DNA of 64,000 bases from positions 214,850 through 278,849 of the IMG/VR virus record IMGVR_UViG_3300029305_005547, one strand, 5' to 3'. A program made the translations under genes and the position numbers. Shown one piece after another: positions 19,482 to 30,400 of this stretch. Each line of letters starts with the position of its first letter. The stretch's first letter is position 1. Source of the DNA: a virus (taxonomy: Duplodnaviria > Caudoviricetes). The notes beneath the pieces are model-generated. The model was not told the origin of the DNA. It saw only the letters and a list, made by a program, of their open reading frames with translations, and did not search any database.

Positions 19482-21608
19482 TTAATTTCCGTATCTTCTT
19501 TGAATAACGGATTTCAATTTATCAATTTCCACAATTCGAACACCGTGTTTCTTTGCAAGTTTAACTTTACCAGATGTTGTGTCCAAATTAGGTACTACAA
19601 GTATTGAAGTTTTTGCATTTACATTATCTACAACTTCTCCACCCATATTAATAATATATGTCTCAAGTTCAATATCTCGAACCTTGGTGAAACACACTGT
19701 AAACTTGGCATTTGATATATCTTTGTGATAAATGTCAAGTTCTTTCCATAAAAACTTAATGAGTGATTTATTATCTTTAATTCCAGATATTAACTTCTTG
19801 GCTTTCTTTTCACCAATTCCTTCGATCTCTGTTAAAGCTTCAATATCACCAGATTCAATGATATCCATAAATTCATCGAAATCATATTTTGATAAAATCC
19901 TTGAAAAGTTCTTTTCCGCAATTCCATCAATACCTAAAGCACCAAGAACCAAATAATCAGGAACTCGTCTTTTATCATTTATCTGGTCTATCCAGTTATT
20001 AAAGCTTACTTCACCAAAACCTGGAATAGAGCAAATAAGTTTTCCGTGTTTATGAAGTTTATATATATCTTCAATACTTTGTAAAATACCAAGATCATAA
20101 AGTTCATCAACTGTAGCATATGAGATATCTTGTATACGTAATTTTACAAGATAATTTAAGATACGACCTTTCTTTCTGCAATCACAGTTTACATTGTTAC
20201 ATACCAAAAATGCACCTTGACGTTCAAGTTTAGATCCGCAGCTTGGACATTTTTCTTTAGGTTTAATTGGGCTATTTCCGCTTCTATCAAATTCACATTC
20301 ACCATCGATTGTAGCGTATGGAATAATGTCATAAAGTATTTTCACTTTATCACCTTTTGCAAGGTGAAGTTCATTAAATCTATCCATATTACTAAGTGAT
20401 GCTGATGATATTGTATTTCCTTTAAGCTTTACAGGTTTAATTTTAACAACTGGTGTAATTCTTCCTAATAATCCAACCTGGAACTCAATATCTTCAACGG
20501 TAGTATACTCATATTCTTCAGTAAATTTGTATGCTACTTCAAAAGCATTCTTATCATTTTCTCTACCAAGAATACGTTGGATATTTTCATCTTTTATATG
20601 AATTACGCATCCATCACATCTTAATCCTTCGGTAAATCTATGATCTTGTGCAAACTCTTCAATTTTATCGTAATCTCCAAGTTTACACATAATGAATGGA
20701 TGATCAAACACTTCAGGACACAGTTTCTCGACATCATCATTTTTCGTAATATATCTAAGCTGCATTATAACCAGATATTTATTTCGTTCATCAGGTTTAT
20801 CGGAATTAATAATACCACTAGCAATAGATCTTGATTGTTTATAGTCCTTACCATACATAGCATTATATTCAAGAACAGATTCTTCTAATACCATAACTTC
20901 AGTTTTAAGACCATATTCTTCGGAATCTTCACTACCACCTTCTAATCGTCTAATAGGTCGTTTAAGTCCTCTAAAATGGTGGGTAATATCTTCTGCTGTA
21001 TTAAATTTGGTATATCCTCGTGTCAAAGCTTTTATTAAAGTTCCATCTTCTTCAAATTCAAATATAACTGAAACCCCATCCCATTTAGGAAATACATACA
21101 CATCAAGATCTCTAAAATTTATATGTTTTCCGGTTTTCTGGTAATAAGATTTCTCAGCAGATTCAATCCACATATCAAGTGATTTTCTTGATTTATTTTC
21201 TTTTTCAGTCGGATGGTGTAAATAATGAATTTTACTTAAGGTACCTCTAAGCTTTGGAAATGAATGATAAGAAACTTCTTTATTCTTTTCATTCATAAGG
21301 GGTAAAGTAACAAAGTCTTCTTTACCATTTAAAGTAAGCATTTCATACAATTTATCATACTCACTATCAGTTAATCCGGTATCTAATCCTGAATAAGTGT
21401 AGATATAATATGCGATATCTACAATGTTTCCAATTATAGCAGCCGTTGATTCATCTAATGCAGTCATGCCACTATCAAATTCTTTAATTATAGTATGAAT
21501 AAATTCTTGATTATCTCTACGACGTAAAACGTTGGATGCTTCATCAACACTTATTGTACCTTTTTCTAGTCCAAGTTTTACGTCAGTTAATTCAATAACT
21601 CGTTTCAT
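19482..21608 (-). CDS. ligA: NAD-dependent DNA ligase
   Basis: KWDG adenylation motif, LTRG, DGCV, AYKF, QVGLLGRITPV OB-fold, C4 zinc finger (CPSC...C...C), HhH repeats, C-terminal BRCT. Confidence 0.95.
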   Translation of the reverse strand: MKRVIELTDVKLGLEKGTISVDEASNVLRRRDNQEFIHTIIKEFDSGMTALDESTAAIIGNIVDIAYYIYTYSGLDTGLTDSEYDKLYEMLTLNGKEDFVTLPLMNEKNKEVSYHSFPKLRGTLSKIHYLHHPTEKENKSRKSLDMWIESAEKSYYQKTGKHINFRDLDVYVFPKWDGVSVIFEFEEDGTLIKALTRGYTKFNTAEDITHHFRGLKRPIRRLEGGSEDSEEYGLKTEVMVLEESVLEYNAMYGKDYKQSRSIASGIINSDKPDERNKYLVIMQLRYITKNDDVEKLCPEVFDHPFIMCKLGDYDKIEEFAQDHRFTEGLRCDGCVIHIKDENIQRILGRENDKNAFEVAYKFTEEYEYTTVEDIEFQVGLLGRITPVVKIKPVKLKGNTISSASLSNMDRFNELHLAKGDKVKILYDIIPYATIDGECEFDRSGNSPIKPKEKCPSCGSKLERQGAFLVCNNVNCDCRKKGRILNYLVKLRIQDISYATVDELYDLGILQSIEDIYKLHKHGKLICSIPGFGEVSFNNWIDQINDKRRVPDYLVLGALGIDGIAEKNFSRILSKYDFDEFMDIIESGDIEALTEIEGIGEKKAKKLISGIKDNKSLIKFLWKELDIYHKDISNAKFTVCFTKVRDIELETYIINMGGEVVDNVNAKTSILVVPNLDTTSGKVKLAKKHGVRIVEIDKLKSVIQRRYGN

Positions 21609-21835
21609 TGTTTATTCTCCTTTATTTTTAATATAAAAACAATTTAGTAATCAGAATGGTCTGATATAAAAATACCATACAATTTTTTCATTGGATTAGG
21701 GTTCCTTAACAATGCGTTGACAGATACTTGCCGGTATCTGTCAACTTCTCGTTTCCAATGGTAATTACTAATAAAATAATATATTATCACAGATTAAAAA
21801 CCTGGTAACCCTAAAAAAGGTTACCAGGTTATATT

Positions 21836-22207
21836 TTATTCTTCGTTTTCGACAGATTCTGCGGAATCATTCTTTTTCCCGTCATCAAGTAAATCCTTAA
21901 TTTGAACAAACCATTTCTGAAGGATTACTCTAATCATATCGGGAGTTGTGAAAAGCTTAACTACTTTAGGCAACATTTCGTATGCCTTTTCGCAAACCCA
22001 GTCCATCTTTTCAGCACCAGCACCAGATTCAACAAACAAATGCTCTGCCTTGAGGAACAACTGGTATACATCTTCTCTAATTCCTTCAATACTACGGTTC
22101 CTGATATATAACACGATTAATGCTACAACGATAACAACCGATGCAACAATAATAGCTACAACAGGAGTACTGACATTAGGAATATTTGCAGAAAACATAG
22201 CTTTCAT
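21836..22207 (-). CDS. Putative holin (LL-H-like)
   Basis: Single N-terminal TM helix followed by the AEHLF...GAGAEKMDWV pattern; AAGGAGG RBS. Confidence 0.6.
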   Translation of the reverse strand: MKAMFSANIPNVSTPVVAIIVASVVIVVALIVLYIRNRSIEGIREDVYQLFLKAEHLFVESGAGAEKMDWVCEKAYEMLPKVVKLFTTPDMIRVILQKWFVQIKDLLDDGKKNDSAESVENEE

Positions 22208-22481
22208 TCTTTATTACCTCCTTATCAAGAATAACTGCTAGCCAATTCTAGCTTATTATAATGTCATCTTTATAAAACAAAAAATTGTGAGGATAAGCAT
22301 TGAGCTTATCCTCTGGTAAAAGTACAATGAAGGTATTAGATACGCAGAATTTATTCTATTTTACTGCCTAAATAATTGTTACTTTATGATTAGATTTTAT
22401 TACTAAAAATAAAAAGACTAGAGCGGAATTAACCGCCCTAGTCTCTTATAGGTTTATTCAGTATCTACCAATATCCTTCGA

Positions 22482-24227
22482 TTAGCGATTGAAGCTAGAA
22501 TCGATGAACTCAGCATTGCTGAAGGTTACCAGACCCTGGATACCCTGAACAGCTGCATCTGTGTAACGAGATACACCCATCAGGTTGGTGTAAGAACCGC
22601 CAGGAAGATCAGGAGCCTTGTAAGCGCTGTCCTTAGCAGTAAGGATATGGGTATTGTACTTAAAGTGCTTAAAGGTCATCTGAGCAGGATTCAATGCGAT
22701 AGGCACGATTCTCAATCCCTGATGATTAGGATGCTTCTCATCAAACTTGAGTGCAGAAACAACCTGAACCTTTACATTACCGGTAGTCATAACACCATAG
22801 CTGTAGTTATGCTTAATACCGCCGGTTGTGCTACCCTGGTTAAGAACCCAGTTAACGTTCTTGCCAAGCAGAGAAACGTACTTAGGATTACCATAGATAA
22901 CAAAAGTCAAATCTTCCATCTTAGCAGTATTGGTCAAATCAATGATGAAACGATCGATTTCCCACTTAAGCTGCTTCTCGATGTACTCTGACTGCAATGC
23001 AACAGTCTGAATTGTAGAATCACAGTTGAAATCCTTAAATCTTACAAAGCTGTTCCACTGAAGAGGATCCAGCTCAAGACCGGTAAAGTGATCAAACTGC
23101 TCATCCAAGAAGTCGATAACCTGAGAATCCTCCATCTGAGTAAGGTACTCAGCCATGTTATCATATGTCTTCTTATAGAGATCCATATTAAGCAGAGCCT
23201 TTGCATCATCGAGCTGCTCGATGCTGTAAGGGATGTTTACTCTGTGACCGTCTTCAATCTTCCATTCACGCTCTTCACGAGTGTAATCGAAAGATACGGC
23301 TCTTTCATTCTTTTCATTGCTCAGGTAGCCTTCGAAGATAACTCCGGTAACAGCACCAGATGCAGAAGAAAGAGTTACAGTGTTGCTGATGAAGTCAACG
23401 TTACCGGAAAGCATATCCTTAACTTCAACTTCATTACCTTCAGCGTCAGTATACTTAGCATCAATGTTACCACCCATCCACTGAGAAGTATGAACATTGA
23501 TCCACATATTTACAGGAATCTGTACATCGCCGGCTACTACTGCCTTGATCTTAAGATTGAAGGTAAACTTCTCTCTTGCAGGAACAACAGCATCAGTCAA
23601 ATTGCCGATGATATCATAATTGAAAATAGGCAGCTTAACAACGTCTTCCTTGATAGGCAGACCCTTACCTGCTGCATAAATGGTCTTATAATCTTCATTG
23701 TAGAAGCACTGAGGATATCTCCAACGATCCTGAGTCTGGTTGTCAACAATCCAAACCTGCTCCATCTGCTTCTTGATTACAGGACTCTTGGTTACTTCAG
23801 TCTGAAGAATATCTTTGGTAGCCAAAGACAGATGCTGCTTAACCAATACAGGATAATCGATAGCCTTAATAGGCATCAACTGACCTACTGTAGTAGACTC
23901 ACGTACGAAGTCTGCAGTACAGTTATCCCACAGCTGGGAAACCTGGTTATACATATTGGAGTATGCACCCCACTTATCAACATCACTTCTCTGATCAGAC
24001 TCAGTCTTGATACTGGACAATGCGCTCTCCTTGAAAGCTGCCATGATCTCGGGATTCTTGATCATTGCTGCAATATCCATGAAATAATTAATTCTACTCT
24101 GTTCTAATTCGTTTACAGCTGCTTCAAAAGTAGCGTCAAAACCGTTCTCTTCGTTAGCGAGATTGAAACCACCGATAGTAGTAGCTGCATTGAAATCCTT
24201 TACAGATTCAAGAAATGCCAATGACAT
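22482..24227 (-). CDS. Probable major capsid protein (581 aa)
   Basis: Strong codon bias toward C-ending codons (high expression), AAAGGAGG RBS, size, C-terminal MGVSRY reminiscent of T4-gp23-type TRY, position among head genes, downstream terminator. No profile search done. Confidence 0.65.
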   Translation of the reverse strand: MSLAFLESVKDFNAATTIGGFNLANEENGFDATFEAAVNELEQSRINYFMDIAAMIKNPEIMAAFKESALSSIKTESDQRSDVDKWGAYSNMYNQVSQLWDNCTADFVRESTTVGQLMPIKAIDYPVLVKQHLSLATKDILQTEVTKSPVIKKQMEQVWIVDNQTQDRWRYPQCFYNEDYKTIYAAGKGLPIKEDVVKLPIFNYDIIGNLTDAVVPAREKFTFNLKIKAVVAGDVQIPVNMWINVHTSQWMGGNIDAKYTDAEGNEVEVKDMLSGNVDFISNTVTLSSASGAVTGVIFEGYLSNEKNERAVSFDYTREEREWKIEDGHRVNIPYSIEQLDDAKALLNMDLYKKTYDNMAEYLTQMEDSQVIDFLDEQFDHFTGLELDPLQWNSFVRFKDFNCDSTIQTVALQSEYIEKQLKWEIDRFIIDLTNTAKMEDLTFVIYGNPKYVSLLGKNVNWVLNQGSTTGGIKHNYSYGVMTTGNVKVQVVSALKFDEKHPNHQGLRIVPIALNPAQMTFKHFKYNTHILTAKDSAYKAPDLPGGSYTNLMGVSRYTDAAVQGIQGLVTFSNAEFIDSSFNR

Positions 24228-24331
24228 TATCTCGTCCTCCTTTATATTTATTTTTTAGTTTAACGTATAAGGGTTTCATAATACATATGTTTTAGGTTTA
24301 TTACCTCAATAGAAGTAATTTTAAATTACTG

Positions 24332-25366
24332 TTATTTCTCATCTTTTGTAATTTTATTTAAATTCATAAGTTCAAGTAATAACAGTGATGATGCTTTTAT
24401 TTTTTCATAAAAGAATGAGTTCTGTAAGAAACTATCATTCTGAAATTTTAAAAGCATGTAATCTTTTAACAAATCTTCCAAAGCTTTGAACTTTATAAGT
24501 GCCTTATTAGCGGCATATTCAAACTTTATATTATCAGAAACACCAGTTTCTAATTTATCTATAAAGTATTGTACTGTGTTTAAAAGATTCATAAATCTCT
24601 TAAACAACTCATATTTTCTCATATCATCCTTTGTAATGGATGTTTCATCTGTACCAGCAGAAGGATCAACCGAAGTATCTGTACTAACAGCTGAAGAATC
24701 AGTTCCATCAGCAGCAGCTATATCAACTTCAGCACCTATATCTTCTGGCATTTCACTGCCAGTAGCATCGATGACTTCATTTCCTTCTTGTATTTCTTCA
24801 GTAGGTTGTTCGCCCTCTGGTTGCTCTGCAGGTTGTTCTGTTGTATCCGTGCTAGTATCAGTAGTTTCACCTTCAGGTACTTCAACAGTTTGGTCATCAT
24901 CAGATGTATCTTGATCTTCTGGTGATTCTATTTCTTCTGCAGGTACATCATTTTGCGTTTGATCATCATCTAATGTCAAATCGTCAAAACTAATATCTTC
25001 AGGAATTTCAAAATCAGGCAATTCTTCATCACCGTCTATAGGTTCTTCACCAATATCATCAGGAATGTCATCTTGACCAATATTAAAATCATCTTCGTCA
25101 CCTTCTATAGGTGTATCATTTAATAATTCATCATCTGCTAAATCATCACCTATATCCATATCAAGTGAATCATAATCAGATAAATCATCTCCTAAAGAGT
25201 CTATATCATCAATATCAATCAATTCATCCGGATCAACCATTGATGTATAATCCTTTCGAATTGGTCTTACTGAAATGACTCTAGGTTTTCTTTTCTTTTT
25301 AGGTGCTTCAGTAAAAATACCAAGCGACTCAAAAAGAGGTATTTCTCTAGCATGTTTTACAATCAC
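24332..25366 (-). CDS. Acidic head/scaffold-like protein
   Basis: Very D/E-rich disordered centre and helical C-terminus; immediately upstream of the capsid gene. Confidence 0.55.
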   Translation of the reverse strand: MIVKHAREIPLFESLGIFTEAPKKKRKPRVISVRPIRKDYTSMVDPDELIDIDDIDSLGDDLSDYDSLDMDIGDDLADDELLNDTPIEGDEDDFNIGQDDIPDDIGEEPIDGDEELPDFEIPEDISFDDLTLDDDQTQNDVPAEEIESPEDQDTSDDDQTVEVPEGETTDTSTDTTEQPAEQPEGEQPTEEIQEGNEVIDATGSEMPEDIGAEVDIAAADGTDSSAVSTDTSVDPSAGTDETSITKDDMRKYELFKRFMNLLNTVQYFIDKLETGVSDNIKFEYAANKALIKFKALEDLLKDYMLLKFQNDSFLQNSFFYEKIKASSLLLLELMNLNKITKDEK

Positions 25367-25380
25367 TAGTCATTACCTCC

Positions 25381-27300
25381 TTAGATATATTTTCCGTTAG
25401 TACTTACACGTTCTTTCTGTCTAGCTAATTCATCTCGAATACGAATAAGTTGGTATCTTTGTTTTTGATCACCAGCTGCCATTGCATCTTCAATTTTAGC
25501 TTCGGTTACCTTGATTTCTGTATCAAGTTCTCGTGCAAATTCATTACGAATTCTCTTATTTTTTTCTTTCGATAACTTTCTTCCAAACCAAACTACAGGA
25601 ATAAGCATCTTTTTAGTATGCCATGCTAAACCATACGTAGCTGCAACTCTAAGATTCTTAATAACCTTTTTTCTATAACCGGGTTGCATCATATATGCTT
25701 TTCTTCGATCATCATCCATCTTGTCAAATCCTTGGATCATATCTTTTAACCCATTAAGAAGTCCAGCAGGAATCTTTAAAACTGCAGTACCTGCATTTTT
25801 AACAGCTGTACCAGTTTGTCTAAGTTTAGCAGAATTCTTTCTACTATTCTTATGGGCATCCATTGCTTTATTTTGAACTTTTGTCAAAAAACCCTCTTTT
25901 ACTTTCTGTGGTTTAGAATTGGTAGCGTTAGGATTCGAAGAATCAGGCAAGTCATCACTAGCTACCCTAGTAGACTTGGGAAGTTCCGCTTCATCGTCTT
26001 CTTCCTCTAAAGCATCTTCATCATCACTATCTTTAGATGAATTATTTGAACCTTTTTTAACAGGTTCATCAATTTCTCTATACATACGATGTGATCTCTG
26101 AATTATCTTATTAGCAGACCCGTCCCCCGCTTTCTCAAAAAAAGAGGATTCATTTGCTTCTACTTCAGAAACTGCTTCATTAATGAGTTTAAATGCATCA
26201 CCTACACTGATGGGTCCTTCAATACCCATAGACTCCTTAATTACACTGAAAAGTTCAGTTTCAGGTAAAATATCAGTTTCTTCAAGAACCACATAATAAT
26301 TCTGAATAGTCTGTCTAACAGATTCATACACATCATGTTTCATATTAAGAAGTTCAGCTTTTGTTGAAGCTCTTTCTTCTTTATACATTTCATCGAATAC
26401 GGATTCTTCCATAATCGCATTTACTGCAGATCTGGAACTATCATATACAGGATTAATCGTATCTTCAGCTGCTTCTTTGAATGCTGTCACAATTTCATCT
26501 GCAATATCCGCACGAATCATTCCATTAACCAAAGTTCTTAGTTGGATGTTAGAAAACTGGTTTACAGCTTCCATGAAACGTTCAGATAGTACAAGATTTT
26601 GTACAGTTTCGCACGAAACAAGATTTGTTGCTTTATTATCTCCACCAGTAGAGTTCTCATTTATCATAGATGAATAACTCTCACAAAGAACGCCTTCCAA
26701 ACAAAGCTCCTTTGCATAAGGTGTCATATACATAACTTTCATCTGATGAGGGCATGACTTGATATAAGAATCAAAATCATTACAACCTGCATAAGGTACA
26801 TCGTTACCAAATAAAGTTGTTGCGCACTCATCATTATTTTCAAGTCTCTTTTTACATAAAGCAGCATAGCAATTATCAAAGAATTCATCAGATACATCAT
26901 CCTTGAACATACACATCTCAGTTGCACTTTCAGGAGATCTGCTCTTAAGGATAGATCCTATTTCGTTAACTGCATCAGCGTACATCTTTTCCATACTAGG
27001 ATGCATTTTCTCACGATTAGTCATCCAGTAATCTTCGATACACTGCTTAATGGCAATCATATTACGATAAGGATTAGGAAATGCCTTAGCAACCCATCTC
27101 ACAAAAGGAAGTCCAAACTGAGGTTCAGGTATAATATATTTCGCGTTCTTTACTATAAAGGAAAGAGGCTTTCCAATATAATAGGTACGATAATCTCTTG
27201 CCGTTTCATCTGAATACTGACTCTTCAGATTTTCATATGCATGAATAATCTGCTTGGTATCAGTACCATTTAAAATTTTTTCTGTATCTAAAATCGGCAT
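25381..27300 (-). CDS. Putative internal head/virion protein (639 aa)
   Basis: Late-type promoter AACA-N6-TA at 27330-27341; in an operon with the scaffold-like and capsid genes; basic helical C-terminal domain. Confidence 0.55.
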   Translation of the reverse strand: MPILDTEKILNGTDTKQIIHAYENLKSQYSDETARDYRTYYIGKPLSFIVKNAKYIIPEPQFGLPFVRWVAKAFPNPYRNMIAIKQCIEDYWMTNREKMHPSMEKMYADAVNEIGSILKSRSPESATEMCMFKDDVSDEFFDNCYAALCKKRLENNDECATTLFGNDVPYAGCNDFDSYIKSCPHQMKVMYMTPYAKELCLEGVLCESYSSMINENSTGGDNKATNLVSCETVQNLVLSERFMEAVNQFSNIQLRTLVNGMIRADIADEIVTAFKEAAEDTINPVYDSSRSAVNAIMEESVFDEMYKEERASTKAELLNMKHDVYESVRQTIQNYYVVLEETDILPETELFSVIKESMGIEGPISVGDAFKLINEAVSEVEANESSFFEKAGDGSANKIIQRSHRMYREIDEPVKKGSNNSSKDSDDEDALEEEDDEAELPKSTRVASDDLPDSSNPNATNSKPQKVKEGFLTKVQNKAMDAHKNSRKNSAKLRQTGTAVKNAGTAVLKIPAGLLNGLKDMIQGFDKMDDDRRKAYMMQPGYRKKVIKNLRVAATYGLAWHTKKMLIPVVWFGRKLSKEKNKRIRNEFARELDTEIKVTEAKIEDAMAAGDQKQRYQLIRIRDELARQKERVSTNGKYI

Positions 27301-27385
27301 AACAGATACCTTCCTTTCTTATTTTTCGTTACATATTTGTTGATTTTAACAATTATTATGCCTTCTAGCTGATGTTTTAACAAAA

Positions 27386-27397
27386 AACAATCAATTA
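27386..27397 (+). promoter_or_regulatory. Late-type phage promoter motif AACA-N6-TA (representative copy)
   Basis: Exact copies at 5335(+), 27330(-), 27386(+), 38484(+), 56510(-) and 61002(+); CACA variants at 48365(-) and 49554(+). They precede virion, lysis or membrane genes. Confidence 0.65.
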
Positions 27398-27434
27398 ACA
27401 GAATATCTATAATTCAACAAAAATAAAGGAAAGG

Positions 27435-30400
27435 ATGGGGTATCAAACTATGAGTCCAGTTTTAACTGAAAGTGATGTTTCGATCCTGATGTCGCAAAAG
27501 ACGACTGATGGTCAAACGTTATACTTATATCCCGTTGTTAGAGACGTAGATGTTTTACTCACTGAAGAAAGTGCAGAATATGAGAACCTTGGTGAGATGT
27601 TGGAAGCTGGTGTAAAACCTAATGTCGCATCTTTACAGGCAATCTTTCAGAATAGTGATGACATTGAATTCGAATTTGACGAAGAGACCGGTACAGTTGT
27701 AGGAACACATAAAAATGTCCTTGCAGCAGGTTCTGCTACTGCTACATCTGGTGATGTACAGTATGGTGCAACAATCGAAATTCCTACATTTTCTTTTGAT
27801 AAAAACGGTCATATTACTTCTGTTGGTAAGAGCATTATCACTCTTCCTAACGAATATGTACTTCCTAAGGCTTCTACTGGAAGTCTCGGTGGAATTATTG
27901 TCGGTGACGGATTAAATGTAGATCAGACTGGTTTAGTTTCTGTTAAAGAAGCTACCGAAAGTGAAGCAGGTGCTGTTAAACTTGTTTCTCTCACAAACTC
28001 TGATTCTACTACAGATGCTGCTACGCCTAAGGCTGTAAGTGACGCATTAGCAGCCGCTATCGATCATATTAATAACGAAATATCTAAGATTGACATGGAG
28101 GGTGTAACACCTAATTATGCTGATCTTATGAATATCTTTACAACAAGTGAAGATATGAAATTTACTATGGATGAAATGGCAAGAACTATTGCTGTTACCC
28201 ATAGAAATAGTATTGCATCAGGTGAAGTTATTGGTACTGAAGGTAGTGTAGATGCAGGTTCTGTAATTAAGATTCCAGCATTTTCTATTGATACCAAAGG
28301 ACATGTAACATCACATAGATTAGTGAGCGTATCTTTACCAGCAGCATATACATTACCTACTGCATCAGCTGATGTTAAAGGTGGTATTGTAATAGGTGAC
28401 GGTTTAGAAATTGATCCTACTACAGGTGAAACATCTGTGCGAAAAGGTTCTACATCCGTTGAAGGTATGGTAAAGTTAAGTTCTATTGCGGAGTCTGACT
28501 CTGAAACTGAGGCAGCAACTCCTAAAGCCGTTAAAGACGCTTTAACTGCAGCTAAAGAACATGCAAATCAGGCAGTTGAAAACGTAAAAACTGAACTTAA
28601 TGAAGAAGGTGTTGAAGCTAAGTATTCTTCTGTAGCTGGAAAACTTAATAGCAGTGATGATATTGAGGCTGAAAAAGACGATGCTAATGAAGTAATTAAG
28701 TTCACTCATAAAAATAAAATAGAAGCTGGTGCTGTTGCCAGCGGAGATACATCAATTATTAATGGTGGATCTATTAATATTCCTATTTTTACATATGATT
28801 CTAATGGACATCTTGTAACAGTTGGAACTGAAACAGTTACAATTACTCCATTAGTAGGTGAAAATGGAATTAAAATTGAAAATGAAAAGATAGGTCATAG
28901 TAATAATATTGCAGCAGGTACGACTCCTAAAACTGATACTAAGAAATTAGCTTTTGGCGAAGGATTCAAAGTTCCTGTTGTAACATATGATGCTAATGGT
29001 CATATTACAGCAGTAAGTTATGAAACGATGACATTACCTGATAATATCGATACAACATATACAGGTTCAAACGGTATTGTATTAGACGGTACTGTATTCA
29101 AGCATGGAAATAATGTTACTGCAGGTTCAGTAGTTCCTGGAACTACTGGAGATCTTACATTTGGTGGAACTGTTAAGATTCCTACTTTCAAATATGATGC
29201 TAATGGTCATATCACTGAAGCTGGTATTGTAGAATTTACATTACCTGATAATCCAAATGTAACTTACGAAATTTCTCAAACTTCTGATTCTATTGTGCTT
29301 ACTGGTTCAGACGGAAAATCAACTTCTATTAAGAAGTCTTCTGTTTATACACACCCTATTAGTGGTGTAACCGCAGGTACGTATAGATCAGTAACTGTTG
29401 ATGCGTATGGTCACGTTACAGCTGGTTCTAACCCTACTACTTTAGCAGGTTATGGAATCACTGATGCTGCTAAAAAAGAACATACGCATGGAAATGACGA
29501 TATTACAAGTATTGATGGTAGTAAGATTACTGGAACTGTACCTATTAGTGCTATTCCTGCAGGTGCTTTAGAAAGACTTGTAGAAGTTGCTAGTATAGAT
29601 GCAATGTATGCACTTACAACTGATGATGTTCAGTTAGGTGATACTGTACAAATCGGTGAAGGTGGTCCGATGTATAAAGTAATAGATGTTACTAACCTTG
29701 GTAACTCTAAGGGTTATAAGGTTTATACAGCGGGAGCTGCATCTAGTGTTCCTTGGTCTGGTGTAACTGGAAAACCTGACACATACACACCTTCTGCACA
29801 TACTCATTTATATGCTGGTTCTGCAACAGCAGGTGGTGCAGCAACAAACGCAATTAATGATAATGAGAATCAGAATATTGCGGAAACCTATATTAAAAAT
29901 ATAACCGTAAGTGGAACAACTGTTACGATTACCCGTGGTAATGGAACTTCATTTACAGTTAAAACCCAAGATACAAATACAACTTACTCTGCAATGACTG
30001 GTGCTTCTTCATCTGCAGCTGGTGCTGCTGGACTTGTTCCTGCTCCTGCGGCTGGAAAACAGGCATCATTCTTAAGAGGTGATGGTACTTGGGCTACTCC
30101 TACAGATACTAAGTATACACATCCTACGCATACTGCATATACAAGCGGTCTTTATAAGGTAACTGTCGACGCAAGTGGACATGTTACATCTGCTACTGCA
30201 GTTACGAAAGATGATATTACTGCTTTAGGTATTCCTTCTACGAATACAACTTACTCTGCAATGACTGGCGCTTCTTCATCTGCAGCTGGTGCTGCTGGAC
30301 TTGTTCCTGCTCCTGCGGCTGGAAAGCAAAGTTCATTCTTAAGAGGTGATGGTACTTGGGCTGTTCCTACAGATACTAAGTATACACATCCTAGTTATAC

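Noticed and set aside
23088-24107. 339-aa plus-strand ORF antisense to the capsid gene
   Set aside because: Shadow ORF produced by the strong codon bias of the capsid gene; no RBS or protein-like features. The same applies to 34043..34708, 37522..38037 and 39388..39963.
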